From Bacteroidales bacterium (GTDB lineage: Bacteria; Bacteroidota; Bacteroidia; Bacteroidales; Bacteroidaceae): DNA of 51,925 nt. The translations under genes and the position numbers were made by a program. The stretch covers positions 1-51,925 of the forward strand of contig JAUNQV010000002.1 of the NCBI GenBank assembly GCA_030535995.1, read 5' to 3'. Each line of letters starts with the position of its first letter. Positions within the stretch are counted from its first letter, which is position 1. The notes beneath the pieces are model-generated. The model had not been told where the DNA came from. It did not search any database and saw nothing but the letters and a program-made list of their open reading frames with translations. Below are positions 8,375 through 18,874 of this stretch, piece by piece.

Positions 8375-10318
8375 ATGAAGAAAATGAATAGTGGGGTTAA
8401 AGAGTCTGCTGTGGCAGCACTTCCCCGAAAAAAATCTTTTTTAGGCGGCAAGTCGGCAGTGGTGCTCTTCTTTGTTGCCGTGTGGGCTCTGTTTGCTCTC
8501 TTCGAGCGGCCTTTCCTGTTCCGTGTGAACGAGATGTCGTTGTTCCTGTATAACGATATCTTCTTTGACGGAATGGTGTCTGTGCCGGCCGGTTTCCTCT
8601 CTTATCTTGGGGCCTTCATGGTGCAGTTCTTCTACAGGCCTGTGGTGGGTGCGGCGTTGTATGTGCTCTCTTTGGCGGTGGTGTATAAGCTGACAAAGCG
8701 TGTGTTCGACATTCCCGAGAGGCTCTCTTTGGTAGCGCTGTTGCCGGTTGTGGCTTTGATTGCTACAAATACTGAGCTTGGCTATTGGATATTCTATCTT
8801 AAATTGCCGGGCTATTGGTATGTGGCGGTTATAGGTACGATTGTGTCGTTGCTGGCTATGTGGCTTTTCAAGAGTGTGGGCAATATGTTAAGGCTGCTTG
8901 TTGTGGTTGCATGGCTGTTTGTGGGATATCCGCTCTTCGGCCTGTATGCTCTGGTGTCGGGCGTGCTTATGGGCGTTTTTGCTGTTGCAGAGGCTCTGCG
9001 CGAGAAGAGGGGCCTGCCTTGGGCGGCTGTGTCGTTGCTTTTGGCCGTGGTGCTTGCATACGCTGTGCCTCATGTATATTACAATATGTATGCGGCAATA
9101 GCTACGGAGTATATGTACACAGTGGGTGTTCCGGCCTATCAGTGGGTGCCGGAGTTTTTGAAGAATGCGGAGCACGAAACGCCATCGTACTGGCATAGCA
9201 TATATACATATTGGGTGCCTTTCGTGGTGCTGCTCCTCTCCTATCTTTTCATTTGCTTGCTATTTACATTCAAGAAGGAGCGGCTTGCGAAATGCGGCGG
9301 CAGGTGTGCGGCGGTAACATCTGCGCTTCTGGCTGTTCCGGCGCTTGTGTTCATGTGGCTGTTCTGGTACAGCGATGGCAATTTCCGTATCGAGAATAAA
9401 CAGAACCTTGCCATGTGGCAGCAGGATTGGGAGTCGGTAGCCGCTTATGCGAAGGATACTGAAAAACCAACAAGGCAGATAGTGATGAACAAGAATCTTG
9501 CTCTCATGAAACTGGGGCGCGCCGGGCAGGAGATGTTTGCATATCCCGACGGAAGTTCTGAAATACTTGCACCTATGGGTGTGCATCTCACGCAGACCGG
9601 TGGTAAAATGATGTACTTCCAATATGGCAAGTTCAATTTCTGCTACCGTTGGTGTGTGGAGGATGCTGTTGAGTATGGCTGGCGAGTGGAGTACCTTAAA
9701 CATGCTGCGCGCTGTATGCTGTTGCAGGGTGACTACAAACTGGCTTCGAGGTATGTGACTATTCTCAAAAGCACTCTTTTCTACAACGATTGGGCCTGTG
9801 AACTTGAACGCTTTATCGAAAACCCGGAACTCATAGAGAAAGAGCCGGAGTTCTTGATGCCGTTGCAGATGAAGGAGTACCCCGACGAGCTTGCCGTAGA
9901 TGAATCGTTTGTCGAGGTGTTCCTTACGAAGAACTTGATGAACCTCACACCCGAGTCTTCGCCGTTGAGCGTGGAGGCGGCACTGATAACATCCATGATA
10001 AGAAAGGATGTGAAGCATTTCTGGTATATATTTGACCAGTATCTGAAGAAATGTAACCCCAAAGTGTTGCCAAGGCACTATCAAGAGGCTTTGCTGCTGT
10101 TCCTGAACCTCGACAAAGGGCAGACGGTGCAGGTGGGCTCGGGCTTCATTGACAAATACATATCAATGGGTACAAAACATAAGTTCGATGCATTCATAAG
10201 AAGAACAACAGCCCACAAGGGAAAGACAGAGGCAGAAATGGAGCCGTTCTTCAAAGATGATTTCGGTGACACTTATTTCTATTTCTATTTCTTTGTACGC
10301 AAAATAAAAACCAATTGA
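8375..10318 (+). CDS. Polytopic membrane protein with a C-terminal soluble domain. It resembles the Bacteroidetes DUF6057 family, but that assignment is from memory only.
   Basis: The protein is 647 aa. The first ~330 aa contain about 9-10 hydrophobic helices. A roughly 300-aa soluble domain rich in aromatic residues follows, ending ...GDTYFYFYFFVRKIKTN. I recognise no catalytic motif. Confidence 0.75.
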   Translation: MKKMNSGVKESAVAALPRKKSFLGGKSAVVLFFVAVWALFALFERPFLFRVNEMSLFLYNDIFFDGMVSVPAGFLSYLGAFMVQFFYRPVVGAALYVLSLAVVYKLTKRVFDIPERLSLVALLPVVALIATNTELGYWIFYLKLPGYWYVAVIGTIVSLLAMWLFKSVGNMLRLLVVVAWLFVGYPLFGLYALVSGVLMGVFAVAEALREKRGLPWAAVSLLLAVVLAYAVPHVYYNMYAAIATEYMYTVGVPAYQWVPEFLKNAEHETPSYWHSIYTYWVPFVVLLLSYLFICLLFTFKKERLAKCGGRCAAVTSALLAVPALVFMWLFWYSDGNFRIENKQNLAMWQQDWESVAAYAKDTEKPTRQIVMNKNLALMKLGRAGQEMFAYPDGSSEILAPMGVHLTQTGGKMMYFQYGKFNFCYRWCVEDAVEYGWRVEYLKHAARCMLLQGDYKLASRYVTILKSTLFYNDWACELERFIENPELIEKEPEFLMPLQMKEYPDELAVDESFVEVFLTKNLMNLTPESSPLSVEAALITSMIRKDVKHFWYIFDQYLKKCNPKVLPRHYQEALLLFLNLDKGQTVQVGSGFIDKYISMGTKHKFDAFIRRTTAHKGKTEAEMEPFFKDDFGDTYFYFYFFVRKIKTN

Positions 10319-10323
10319 TAGCT

Positions 10324-11832
10324 ATGAAAAATATTTCAGTATACCTTTTTGCTTTGGCTGTCGTGTTGTTGGCAGCATGTTCGCCTTCCGTTCCCGGGGA
10401 GTATGCCAAGGTGGAGAGCGAACCGCAGATATATCCCCAATATGCCGGTGTTACAATACCGTGCAATATTGCGCCGCTGACCTTCAGAATAGATGAGGAG
10501 GGCAGTGATTATGTTACCCGTATAACCTGTTCCGGCAACAGTATGGTTGTCGGCGGTAAGGAGGTGGCAGTGCCGGCCGACGAGTGGGCTGCTATGCTTG
10601 GGAAAGCCAAGGGCGGAACAGTGGATTTTGAGGTTTTTGTGAAAACTGCCGGAGGGTGGAAGGCCTATGCTCCTTTCAGTTTCTTTGTGTCGGCCGATGA
10701 GATTGACCCATATATATCGTATCGTCTTATTCCTCCATCGTACGTGGCGTATGAGAAATTGAGCATTTGCCAGCGTGAGTTGTCGAGCTACGAGGAGGAT
10801 GTGATATATAACAACATGCTTGCATCGGCCGAGCCCGACGGACAGTGCATAAACTGCCATGCCTACAAGGATTACAAGACCGACAACATGCAGTTCCATG
10901 TACGCCAGTATAAGGGCGGAACGGTGTTCGTACACAATGGAAATGTAAAGAAAATTGATATGAAGACCGACTCGACTATTTCGGCCGGTGTCTATCCTTC
11001 GTTTAATCCTAAATACGATGTTGTGGCATATTCTGTAAATAGTACAGGCCAGATATTCCATACAAGAAATTCCAATAAGGTAGAGGTGCAGGACAAGGCG
11101 AGTGATGTAATAATTTATAACCCCGCAAAAGAGACTGTTACCCATGTTGCAAACAACCCCGATGAACTTGAGGTGTTCCCGGCTTGGGCACCCGATGGAA
11201 AAACGCTTTATTACTGCTCGTCTATGCTGCCTCACTCCGACACAACCTTGACTGTGGAGTCGGAAATGATTATGCGCTACAAGGAGGTGAAATATGATCT
11301 TTTCCGCCGTTCCTGGAACCCCGAAACCGGCGAGTTCGGTGCTGTGGACACTGTCTTCATGGCCTCTCCAATGGGCAAGAGTGTCACCTTCCCGCGTATA
11401 TCGCCGTGCGGAAAATATGTGCTGTTTGCCATGGCGGAGTATGGCTGTTTCCATATATGGCACAAGGATGCCGACCTCTATCTCATGGACCTTGAAACAA
11501 AGGAGTATTGGCCGCTTGAAAAGGCCAATTCGGAGTATCCCGAGAGTTACCATGCGTGGAGCAGCAGTGGCAAGTGGATACTCTTTGCAAGCCGTCGCGA
11601 CGACTCGAACTACAGCCGTCTGTACATAGCCCACATGAACCCCGACGGAACGGCCGACAAGGCTTTCCTTCTGCCGCAGCAGAGCAGTGATTTCTATGAT
11701 TTCTTCGACCGCTCATACAACGTGCCGGAGTTCATGACAGAGCCGGTGACAATATCGCCGCAGGAGTTTGCCGAGGTTATAAAAGGTGATTCTGTAAAAG
11801 TTAAATATTCGCCAAAAGTGAACGGTTTTTAA
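10324..11832 (+). CDS. PD40/TolB-like beta-propeller lipoprotein with a single CXXCH motif
   Basis: The signal peptide with lipobox reads MKNISVYLFALAVVLLAAC. CINCH is encoded at 10846-10860. PD40-like repeats are present (WAPDGKTLYY, ISPCGKYVLFA, WSSSGKWILFASRRDD). I prefer ATG 10324 over the track's TTG at 10315. Confidence 0.8.
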   Translation: MKNISVYLFALAVVLLAACSPSVPGEYAKVESEPQIYPQYAGVTIPCNIAPLTFRIDEEGSDYVTRITCSGNSMVVGGKEVAVPADEWAAMLGKAKGGTVDFEVFVKTAGGWKAYAPFSFFVSADEIDPYISYRLIPPSYVAYEKLSICQRELSSYEEDVIYNNMLASAEPDGQCINCHAYKDYKTDNMQFHVRQYKGGTVFVHNGNVKKIDMKTDSTISAGVYPSFNPKYDVVAYSVNSTGQIFHTRNSNKVEVQDKASDVIIYNPAKETVTHVANNPDELEVFPAWAPDGKTLYYCSSMLPHSDTTLTVESEMIMRYKEVKYDLFRRSWNPETGEFGAVDTVFMASPMGKSVTFPRISPCGKYVLFAMAEYGCFHIWHKDADLYLMDLETKEYWPLEKANSEYPESYHAWSSSGKWILFASRRDDSNYSRLYIAHMNPDGTADKAFLLPQQSSDFYDFFDRSYNVPEFMTEPVTISPQEFAEVIKGDSVKVKYSPKVNGF

Positions 11833-11862
11833 CAAACATTTGTTAATTTATTTAAAATGTTA

Positions 11863-11909
11863 AAAACTTCAACTTTTTGCCTTTGCGGTGAAAAGTTGAA
11901 GTTTTTTTT
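11863..11909 (+). terminator. Rho-independent terminator
   Basis: A 13-bp stem aacttcaactttt / aaaagttgaagtt encloses a 13-nt loop and is followed by a T-run. It lies 31 nt after the stop of the PD40 gene. Confidence 0.7.
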
Positions 11910-11982
11910 GCTTCAAATGTGAAAAAAAAGGCCGGGCAGCGAAAAAAAAGTCCTATTTATGCGAATATTTATTTAAAAGTCT

Positions 11983-11990
11983 TATTTTTG
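11983..11990 (+). promoter_or_regulatory. Candidate -7 box (TAttTTTG) for the FAS1-SusCD locus
   Basis: It matches TAnnTTTG 80 nt upstream of ATG 12070, in an AT-rich intergenic region. Confidence 0.35.
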
Positions 11991-12069
11991 CACATTACCA
12001 AGGGGTAAATTATGCCCTTGCGCAAGATGACAAAAAAACAAAAAAATATTAATTAATAATTTTGTACTT

Positions 12070-15000
12070 ATGTTTAAACACCGTTTAAGTAAATTTGGCA
12101 GAGCATCGCTTCTTGCGGTGTGCATGCTTCTTGTTGGCGGTTCTTTCCAGTCGTGTCAGGATTGGCTTGACGATTACAAGTATGACGACGAAGAACCGAA
12201 GTGGTTGGGCGCAAGTATTTATGACTTCCTAAAGGAAGGAGTTCCGGGGCATTCATACAACTGCTACGTGGAACTTATTGACAGCCTTGAGCTGAAAACG
12301 GTTCTTGCACACACCGGTAGTAATACTCTTTTTGTGGCTGATGATGCTGCGTTTGAAAGGTTCTTTGAGAACAACCCTTGGGGCGTAAAGAGCATCTCGG
12401 AAATGTCAAAGGCCCAGATGAAGGTGCTGTTCCGCAGCTCAATGCTCGACAATGCCTTGCTGCTCGACATGATGGCAAGTACCGGTCCCAATAGCGGCGA
12501 CGAAGGTAAGCGCTTGCGTCGCGAAACTTCTGTTTCGGTTGTGGACTCTGTGCCTTTGGTCGATGGTGATTATTTTGAGTATCATCCGGGTTGGCCTTCA
12601 TACAACAAATATTGGGATGTTCTCCGCGGTAAGGAGAGGGCAGAGACAATGAAACTTCTCTCCGACGGTTCTGTGCCTATGATGGTTCATTTCCTCGATG
12701 ATTATCTCAAAACCAACAATGTACAGGTGTCCGATATCCAGTTCTTGTTCAAGAAGGGCAACAGCTATTCGAAGAGCTACAGCGAGGGTGAGGCCTTGGT
12801 GTTCGGTAACAAAATCGTGACAAGCGGAATGGAAGTTACCGATTTCTCCGACGATACATTGACTGTTACCTGCAAGAACGGTTATGTATATCGCCTAGAT
12901 GATGTGATGCTGCCACCGTCGAACATGGCCGAAGAGTTGCGTAGACGTGCCGATACAAGAATTATCAGCCACTTGCTCGACCGTTTCTGTGTTCCTGTGT
13001 ATGACGAGGCATTGACCAAAGAGTACAAGGATTACCTTGATGCAACCGGTGGAGTGAAGTCGGATAATGACAGTATTTTCAGATTGAGATATTTCTCAAA
13101 GAAATTTACATCTCACTCTTTGCTCACAGCAAGCAGGAACAATCCGTTGCCCGATGAGTTGCTTAACTACGATCCGGGATGGAATGCTTTGACGGTAAAC
13201 GACAATACTTCTGCTGCAGAAGATATGGCTGCAATGTTTGTCCCAAAAGATGATGTACTCCTTGAGTATTTCTTGGACCCGCAAGGCGGTCGTTTCATGA
13301 TTGATTATTTTGCACCCGATGTTGAGGTTACAGATGTCAACACTCTGATGTTGGCGCTTGACTGTGTACCGCAGGTGAATATCGCTGCTTTTGTCAATAA
13401 TATGATGAAGCCTTCGTTCCAGGCAACGGTTGCAAGCAAGTTCTCAAAGGTTACAAATGATGCCAACGACCCCATTGGCTTGGAAGAGCATCATGTAGAG
13501 GAATGCGTTATTGCAAACAACGGTGTTATATATATATTGAATAATGTATTCGCTCCGGCAGCGTTCGAGGCTGTGTCGGCTCCTACTCTTGTGTATGAGA
13601 ACATGCGTATGGCACGTATAATGGTGAAACAGTTGCGTTACGACTACTACTTGCTTGCCATGACTGCCAAGTTCAGCTTCCTTATCCCCGATGACAATTA
13701 TTTTGTATATTTCGACCCGGTGACATTGAGAGATGCAACCTCTTCGTCTGTAGGTAACATGTATGTATTCCACTACAACAACCTGCGTCCGCAAAGTGAC
13801 AGTACAGCGGTGGAATTGTGGTACGAGAGTTATAAGTTCGACCCCAAAACATACGTTGCCGGCGGTCACAAAGGCGATACATTGAGCAAGGGTACAAAAA
13901 TTGAGATCAGTGGTTCTGAATATAATGGCAATGCATTCATGAAGAACCGCATGACCGACCTTCTTGAGTATCTGGTTGTAGTACACGACGATGACCCGAG
14001 CATTCCGGGCAGCGACCGTTTCAATGCAAGAAAGAAATATTACAGCACAAAGGGCTATGGTACCATCAAGGTTGATGCAAGCGATGCCGATAATATTAAA
14101 ATATATGGCGGTGAGCAAATAGAAACAGGTACAACAGTTCTTGTAAGCAGTATACATGACGAGGACGGCGGTGTATCGAATGGTATATCTTATTGTACAG
14201 TTCCCGAGAAGAAAGTGGCAGAGGGCGACAGCGCCGGTGTACGTTACTATTCAGGTATCCCAACACCTCCAACAAAGTCGGTATATGCAAACATGAGCGC
14301 TCATGGCGATTCTATGGGTATGTATAGAGAGTTCTATGACCTCTGTAGCTTTACTCCAACCCGTGTTCGTTCTGCTTTGAAGAAACCGGGCGCAACAGAG
14401 ACCGACTTCGTAATTGGTGACTCGTTGAAGGTTTATCAAATCTTCTATACCGATGCTGCCAAATCGATGATTAATGCTGTTCCATTCTTTAATACATTCC
14501 ACTATACAGTGTATGTTCCATCGAATGAGTCTCTCCTTGCACTCTTTGAGCAGGGCTTCCCATCGTGGGAGGATATTGAGGCCTATTCAAAGACAGAACC
14601 TTTGAAAGCTGCATCAATGTTGAGATTGCTTCACAAGTTTGTACGTTATCACTTCCAGGATAACTCTGTATACCTCGATATCGAGCCATTCTCTATTCCT
14701 TCTCCAAGAGAGGGTGAGAGATACTATGAGGCTTCGTATGCAACTTCACTCATTAACGACAGAACAGGCCGTTTCTTCGAGACTGTTGTAAGAAGTGAGT
14801 CTGAAAACGATAACTCTACCATAATAATAAAGGATGAGTTTGCAAGTGAGGATGATTACTCAACTTGGGCAAAGGTTGTGAATACTCCGGGTGAGGAGAA
14901 TATCACATGGAACGTAATGTGCCGCGATATTGTAAGCACCAACTCCAATATTGAAACATCTTCTTATTCAGTAATCCAGCCAATCGACCGTCCGTTGCTC

Positions 15001-15492
15001 AATAGCGGCCTGTATGGCTACGATGGCAAGTTCCGCCGTTTCGCAACTAACGGCCATCTTGTAGATACTCTTGCAGTCCAGGGCGGTGCCGGCGGTAATG
15101 CTCCCGGCTTCGGTGGCGATAATTGCTATCTTGTAGCACGTCGTGGTGCTCTTGATATAATTGTTGGCAAGACCAGCGGCAAGAATCCGAAAGACAGTTT
15201 GGTTAGAGTGGATGCTGCATACTTGATGAAGGAACTTACACAGGAGGCTGCAAACTGGGACAAGGACTTCACACGCGAGGAACTTGTGATGGTTGACGAG
15301 GCTCCCGTTCTCATCAGCGCAGAGGGTCTTTTGCTTGTTGAAACATACAACAGCAAAGACAAGACCTATAGCTACAAGTATGCTACAAAACAGAATGCCG
15401 AAGGACAGGAGTGCAGAATCCGCGTCAATAACTCCGGCGAGGAGATTGAACTTGTGCCTGTGCCGGGTAAAGACACAGCGGCTACCAATTAA
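12070..15492 (+). CDS. Large surface lipoprotein with fasciclin (FAS1) domains
   Basis: The protein is 1140 aa. The lipobox ..GGSFQSC is followed by acidic residues (QDWLDDYKYDDEE), which fits the surface-export signal. FAS1 signatures are present (TLFVADDAAFERF...; NGVIYILNNVFAP). It sits directly upstream of a SusC/SusD pair. Confidence 0.8.
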   Translation: MFKHRLSKFGRASLLAVCMLLVGGSFQSCQDWLDDYKYDDEEPKWLGASIYDFLKEGVPGHSYNCYVELIDSLELKTVLAHTGSNTLFVADDAAFERFFENNPWGVKSISEMSKAQMKVLFRSSMLDNALLLDMMASTGPNSGDEGKRLRRETSVSVVDSVPLVDGDYFEYHPGWPSYNKYWDVLRGKERAETMKLLSDGSVPMMVHFLDDYLKTNNVQVSDIQFLFKKGNSYSKSYSEGEALVFGNKIVTSGMEVTDFSDDTLTVTCKNGYVYRLDDVMLPPSNMAEELRRRADTRIISHLLDRFCVPVYDEALTKEYKDYLDATGGVKSDNDSIFRLRYFSKKFTSHSLLTASRNNPLPDELLNYDPGWNALTVNDNTSAAEDMAAMFVPKDDVLLEYFLDPQGGRFMIDYFAPDVEVTDVNTLMLALDCVPQVNIAAFVNNMMKPSFQATVASKFSKVTNDANDPIGLEEHHVEECVIANNGVIYILNNVFAPAAFEAVSAPTLVYENMRMARIMVKQLRYDYYLLAMTAKFSFLIPDDNYFVYFDPVTLRDATSSSVGNMYVFHYNNLRPQSDSTAVELWYESYKFDPKTYVAGGHKGDTLSKGTKIEISGSEYNGNAFMKNRMTDLLEYLVVVHDDDPSIPGSDRFNARKKYYSTKGYGTIKVDASDADNIKIYGGEQIETGTTVLVSSIHDEDGGVSNGISYCTVPEKKVAEGDSAGVRYYSGIPTPPTKSVYANMSAHGDSMGMYREFYDLCSFTPTRVRSALKKPGATETDFVIGDSLKVYQIFYTDAAKSMINAVPFFNTFHYTVYVPSNESLLALFEQGFPSWEDIEAYSKTEPLKAASMLRLLHKFVRYHFQDNSVYLDIEPFSIPSPREGERYYEASYATSLINDRTGRFFETVVRSESENDNSTIIIKDEFASEDDYSTWAKVVNTPGEENITWNVMCRDIVSTNSNIETSSYSVIQPIDRPLLNSGLYGYDGKFRRFATNGHLVDTLAVQGGAGGNAPGFGGDNCYLVARRGALDIIVGKTSGKNPKDSLVRVDAAYLMKELTQEAANWDKDFTREELVMVDEAPVLISAEGLLLVETYNSKDKTYSYKYATKQNAEGQECRIRVNNSGEEIELVPVPGKDTAATN

Positions 15493-15517
15493 TGTGTAAA
15501 GAATAAACATAATAGCC

Positions 15518-18500
15518 ATGATAAAAATAAAGCATTTATTATTACTCGTGCTCTTCTGCACCTTTAGCAGTGCTGTATTTGCACAAAAGAGCGCGAGAAT
15601 TTCAGGTACGATAACCAGTGATGCCGAAGGTCCGCTGATTATGGTGAACATTACCGAGCGCGACAAGAGCAATCGTATCATTGAGGCTTGTGCAACCGAC
15701 TTTGAGGGTAACTTCTCTATGGTTGTGAAGAACACAAGCAACATTCTTGAGATTTCGTACATCGGTTACAAGACACAGCGTCTTGAAATCGGCAGCCGCA
15801 CTGTCTTCAATATCAAGATGGTCGAGGACAACGTGCTCGAAGATGTTGTGGTTGTAGCCAAGCAGGTAACCCGTTCGGGCGGCTTGGACATTCTTGAAAG
15901 AGAGATGACACATGCTACCCAGAAGATTAGCATGGACGACATGGACGGTCTTTCTTTTACCTCTGTCGACCAGGCGTTGCAGGGACAGATTGCCGGTCTT
16001 GACGTCGTATTCAATTCGGGTGACGTAGGTTCAGGAACACAGATGCGTCTGCGTGGTAACTCAATGCTTGAGGGTGATGCAACACCGCTTATCGTTGTCG
16101 ATGACAACATCTTCGAGGTAGATGAGGGTACATTCAACTTTGAGGATGCAACCAACGAGAGCTTTGCGGAGCTTTTGATGATTAACCCCGAGGATATTGC
16201 CGAGATTGAGGTGTTGAAAGATGCCGCTTCGTGTGCTGTTTGGGGTTCAAGAGGTGCCAACGGTGTAATCAAAATCAAGACAAAGCGCGGTAAGCGTGGT
16301 CCCACTCGCGTGAACTTCACATATAAGTTCAAGGACAAGTGGACTCCAAGCGGTATCAACCTGCTTAACGGTGACGATTATACAATGCTTATCAAGCAGG
16401 CTCTTTTCAATAAGGACCAAAGAGGTGAAAGCCTTCCCGAGTTCAACTACGATGACAGCTTTACAGAATACCAGAACTACAACAACAACACCGATTGGGT
16501 TGAAGAGGTTTCAAAGCATGGTTATGTAAATGACTATAACCTTAACATCAGCGGTGGTGGTGAAAAGGCTGCATTCCGTATATCCGGTGGTTATTCAAGT
16601 GAGACCGGCCAGGTGATAGGTCAGAATCTTGACCGTTTCACATCGCGTCTTGCTCTTGACTACTATGTATCGGAGCGTATAAAGGTTATTGCCGACTTCT
16701 CGTTCACATATAGCAAGCAAAGACACAATACATCGGGTCTTTTGGGTAATGCCCAGCTTATGATGCCTCACATGAGTGTATATAAGCAGGATATCCACGG
16801 CAACAACACCGAAGATTACTATGATATTCTGAAGGATGCTTCTAAAACTGTCTACGATGCTTTCTACAAGGATGGTCAACTTATAAGGAAGAACCCTATT
16901 GCCGAGGGTACTTTGGCCGAGTATTATACAGAGAACTACAGCATTAACCCGCAAATCACATTCGAGTACAATCTCTTGGGTCTTGAGGATAATGAGACAC
17001 AGTTGAAGTACCGTGGTGTGGTAAACCTTGGTGCGTCAACCTCTTCGGGTACTGTATATACTCCCGCGGCTCTTTCTATGAGTGACTGGACTGCTTCGGA
17101 GAAGAACCGCTCGGAGAGCAACGACAGCAAGAGCCTTAACTTTACAACTCGTCATGAGCTCGTCTTTACGCCTTATCTTGGAAATAAAGACCACTATTTG
17201 ACAATGAGCGGCCGTTTCGAACTTTATACAGGTAGCGGTAACTCACAGAACTCTACAACAATCGGTTTGCCTACCGGTAACATCAGCAGCCCTACTGTTG
17301 GTTCAAAAATCAGTTCTTCGGGAACAAGCAAGTGGGAGAGCCGTGGTCTTAACTTTACATTTGATGCGCACTACTCATACAAATCGAAGTATATGTTGCG
17401 CCTTTCGGGCCGCGCCGAGGGTAACACCGCTATGGGTGACGACAGAAAGTGGGCTATCTATCCTGCAATCTCTGCACGATGGAACATCATCGACGAGAAT
17501 TGGATGGAGTGGGCAAAACCGGTTATAAGCATGTTGTCAATCCGTCCGGGCTTCGGTATGGACGGTCATGCTCCGGGTGAGAACAAGACATTCAACAGCT
17601 ATAGTGCATTAGGAAAGAACTATTTGGGTATGGCAGGCTTTAAGATGGATGGTATCCGCTTGACCGACCTTCGCCGTTCCGACAAACGTGAGTGGAACAT
17701 CGGTACCGACTTCGGTTTCTTCAACGACCTTCTCACAGGTGCGTTCAACTACTATAGCGGAACAACGTACGACCAGATTATTTCAAACTATAAAATACCT
17801 TCATCTACAGGTTATTCTTCTCTTGCATACAAGAACTCAGGTACTGTACGCAACTCGGGTTGGGAGGTTAACTTTAACCTTAACAATGTTAAGCTCGCAA
17901 AGGATCTTTCAATGACATTCTACTTCAATATAGGTAAGAACTACAACGAAATTCTTGAACTTGAAGAGGCCTATCTTGAGGAGCGTAACGGAAAATATGA
18001 GGCTCCGGAGAATGGCAAGTATCTTGGTCGCATACAGATAGGTAACCCAAGCGGTGCCATCTACGGTTTCCGTTACAAGGGTGTTTACCGTTACAGCTAC
18101 AAGAACTGGGAGAAGGCCCTCGCCGAGGAGGCTGCCGGCCGCAACGGAACCTGTCCTATCGTGCGTGATGCCGACGGTAACGTGGTTTATGAGGCAAACG
18201 GCAAGCCCAAGAAGATGTCTCTATTCTTTGATAACCCCGATGATATGAAGTCCTATGGCAGCTCCTATGGAAACTACGAGTTCCGTGGTGGTGATGCTAT
18301 TTACGAGGATATCAACCACGATGGTAACATCAACCAGCTCGATATCGTTTATCTCGGAAACTCTAACCCGGCTGCACAAGGTGGTTTCGGCTTTACATTC
18401 CGTTACAAGAAGTGGAGTTTGAGAACATCATTCACATATCGTTGGGATGTCGATGTCGTAAACAGTTCACGTATGGCGTTCGAGAATATGGCTTCATTCG

Positions 18501-18862
18501 AGAACCAGAGCGTTGCCGTTAACTGGCGTTGGCGCAAGGAGGGTGATATCACAGAAATCCCACGTGCTGTAAACGGTTCGGGTAATGCATTCAACTATCT
18601 TGGTAGTGACCGTTATGTAGAGGATGCTTCATACATACGTCTCTCTTATGTACAGTTGTCATACTCTTTCGAGCCCGATTGGCTCAAGAAGATTGGCTTG
18701 AGACAGATGAATGTATATCTCTCTGCCGACAACGTATGCTTCTGGACAAAATATACAGGTCTTGAGCCAGAGGTTGCTTCGGCCGGTGATGGTATTGCAT
18801 ACGACAATACCAAAACCCCGCGTTCTCGCTCATATACCCTTTCAGTTTCTGTTGGTTTCTAA
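15518..18862 (+). CDS. SusC-family TonB-dependent outer-membrane transporter (pair 1)
   Basis: The protein is 1114 aa. It has a signal peptide, an N-terminal carboxypeptidase-regulatory-like domain (ISGTITSD..GNFSM), a TonB-box-like DVVVVA, and a plug region (RLRGNSML..PLIVVDD, IEVLKDAASCAVWGSRGANGVI.IKTKRG). The C-terminus ends ..YTLSVSVGF. There is no STN domain. Confidence 0.9.
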   Translation: MIKIKHLLLLVLFCTFSSAVFAQKSARISGTITSDAEGPLIMVNITERDKSNRIIEACATDFEGNFSMVVKNTSNILEISYIGYKTQRLEIGSRTVFNIKMVEDNVLEDVVVVAKQVTRSGGLDILEREMTHATQKISMDDMDGLSFTSVDQALQGQIAGLDVVFNSGDVGSGTQMRLRGNSMLEGDATPLIVVDDNIFEVDEGTFNFEDATNESFAELLMINPEDIAEIEVLKDAASCAVWGSRGANGVIKIKTKRGKRGPTRVNFTYKFKDKWTPSGINLLNGDDYTMLIKQALFNKDQRGESLPEFNYDDSFTEYQNYNNNTDWVEEVSKHGYVNDYNLNISGGGEKAAFRISGGYSSETGQVIGQNLDRFTSRLALDYYVSERIKVIADFSFTYSKQRHNTSGLLGNAQLMMPHMSVYKQDIHGNNTEDYYDILKDASKTVYDAFYKDGQLIRKNPIAEGTLAEYYTENYSINPQITFEYNLLGLEDNETQLKYRGVVNLGASTSSGTVYTPAALSMSDWTASEKNRSESNDSKSLNFTTRHELVFTPYLGNKDHYLTMSGRFELYTGSGNSQNSTTIGLPTGNISSPTVGSKISSSGTSKWESRGLNFTFDAHYSYKSKYMLRLSGRAEGNTAMGDDRKWAIYPAISARWNIIDENWMEWAKPVISMLSIRPGFGMDGHAPGENKTFNSYSALGKNYLGMAGFKMDGIRLTDLRRSDKREWNIGTDFGFFNDLLTGAFNYYSGTTYDQIISNYKIPSSTGYSSLAYKNSGTVRNSGWEVNFNLNNVKLAKDLSMTFYFNIGKNYNEILELEEAYLEERNGKYEAPENGKYLGRIQIGNPSGAIYGFRYKGVYRYSYKNWEKALAEEAAGRNGTCPIVRDADGNVVYEANGKPKKMSLFFDNPDDMKSYGSSYGNYEFRGGDAIYEDINHDGNINQLDIVYLGNSNPAAQGGFGFTFRYKKWSLRTSFTYRWDVDVVNSSRMAFENMASFENQSVAVNWRWRKEGDITEIPRAVNGSGNAFNYLGSDRYVEDASYIRLSYVQLSYSFEPDWLKKIGLRQMNVYLSADNVCFWTKYTGLEPEVASAGDGIAYDNTKTPRSRSYTLSVSVGF

Positions 18863-18874
18863 AAGTTGTTGACT

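Noticed and set aside
9260-10084. A 274-aa minus-strand ORF inside the polytopic membrane protein gene. Similar long antisense ORFs occur at 13444-14157, 14968-15762, 39573-40319 and 44630-45547.
   Set aside because: All are nested antisense to long genes with coherent domain content. None has a plausible signal peptide, motif or independent intergenic context.
10336-11634. A 432-aa ORF on the minus strand, antisense to the PD40 lipoprotein gene.
   Set aside because: It is fully contained within a plus-strand gene that has a signal peptide, a lipobox and recognisable PD40 repeats. The antisense translation is rich in R, H, C and G with no motifs, so it is a typical shadow ORF.
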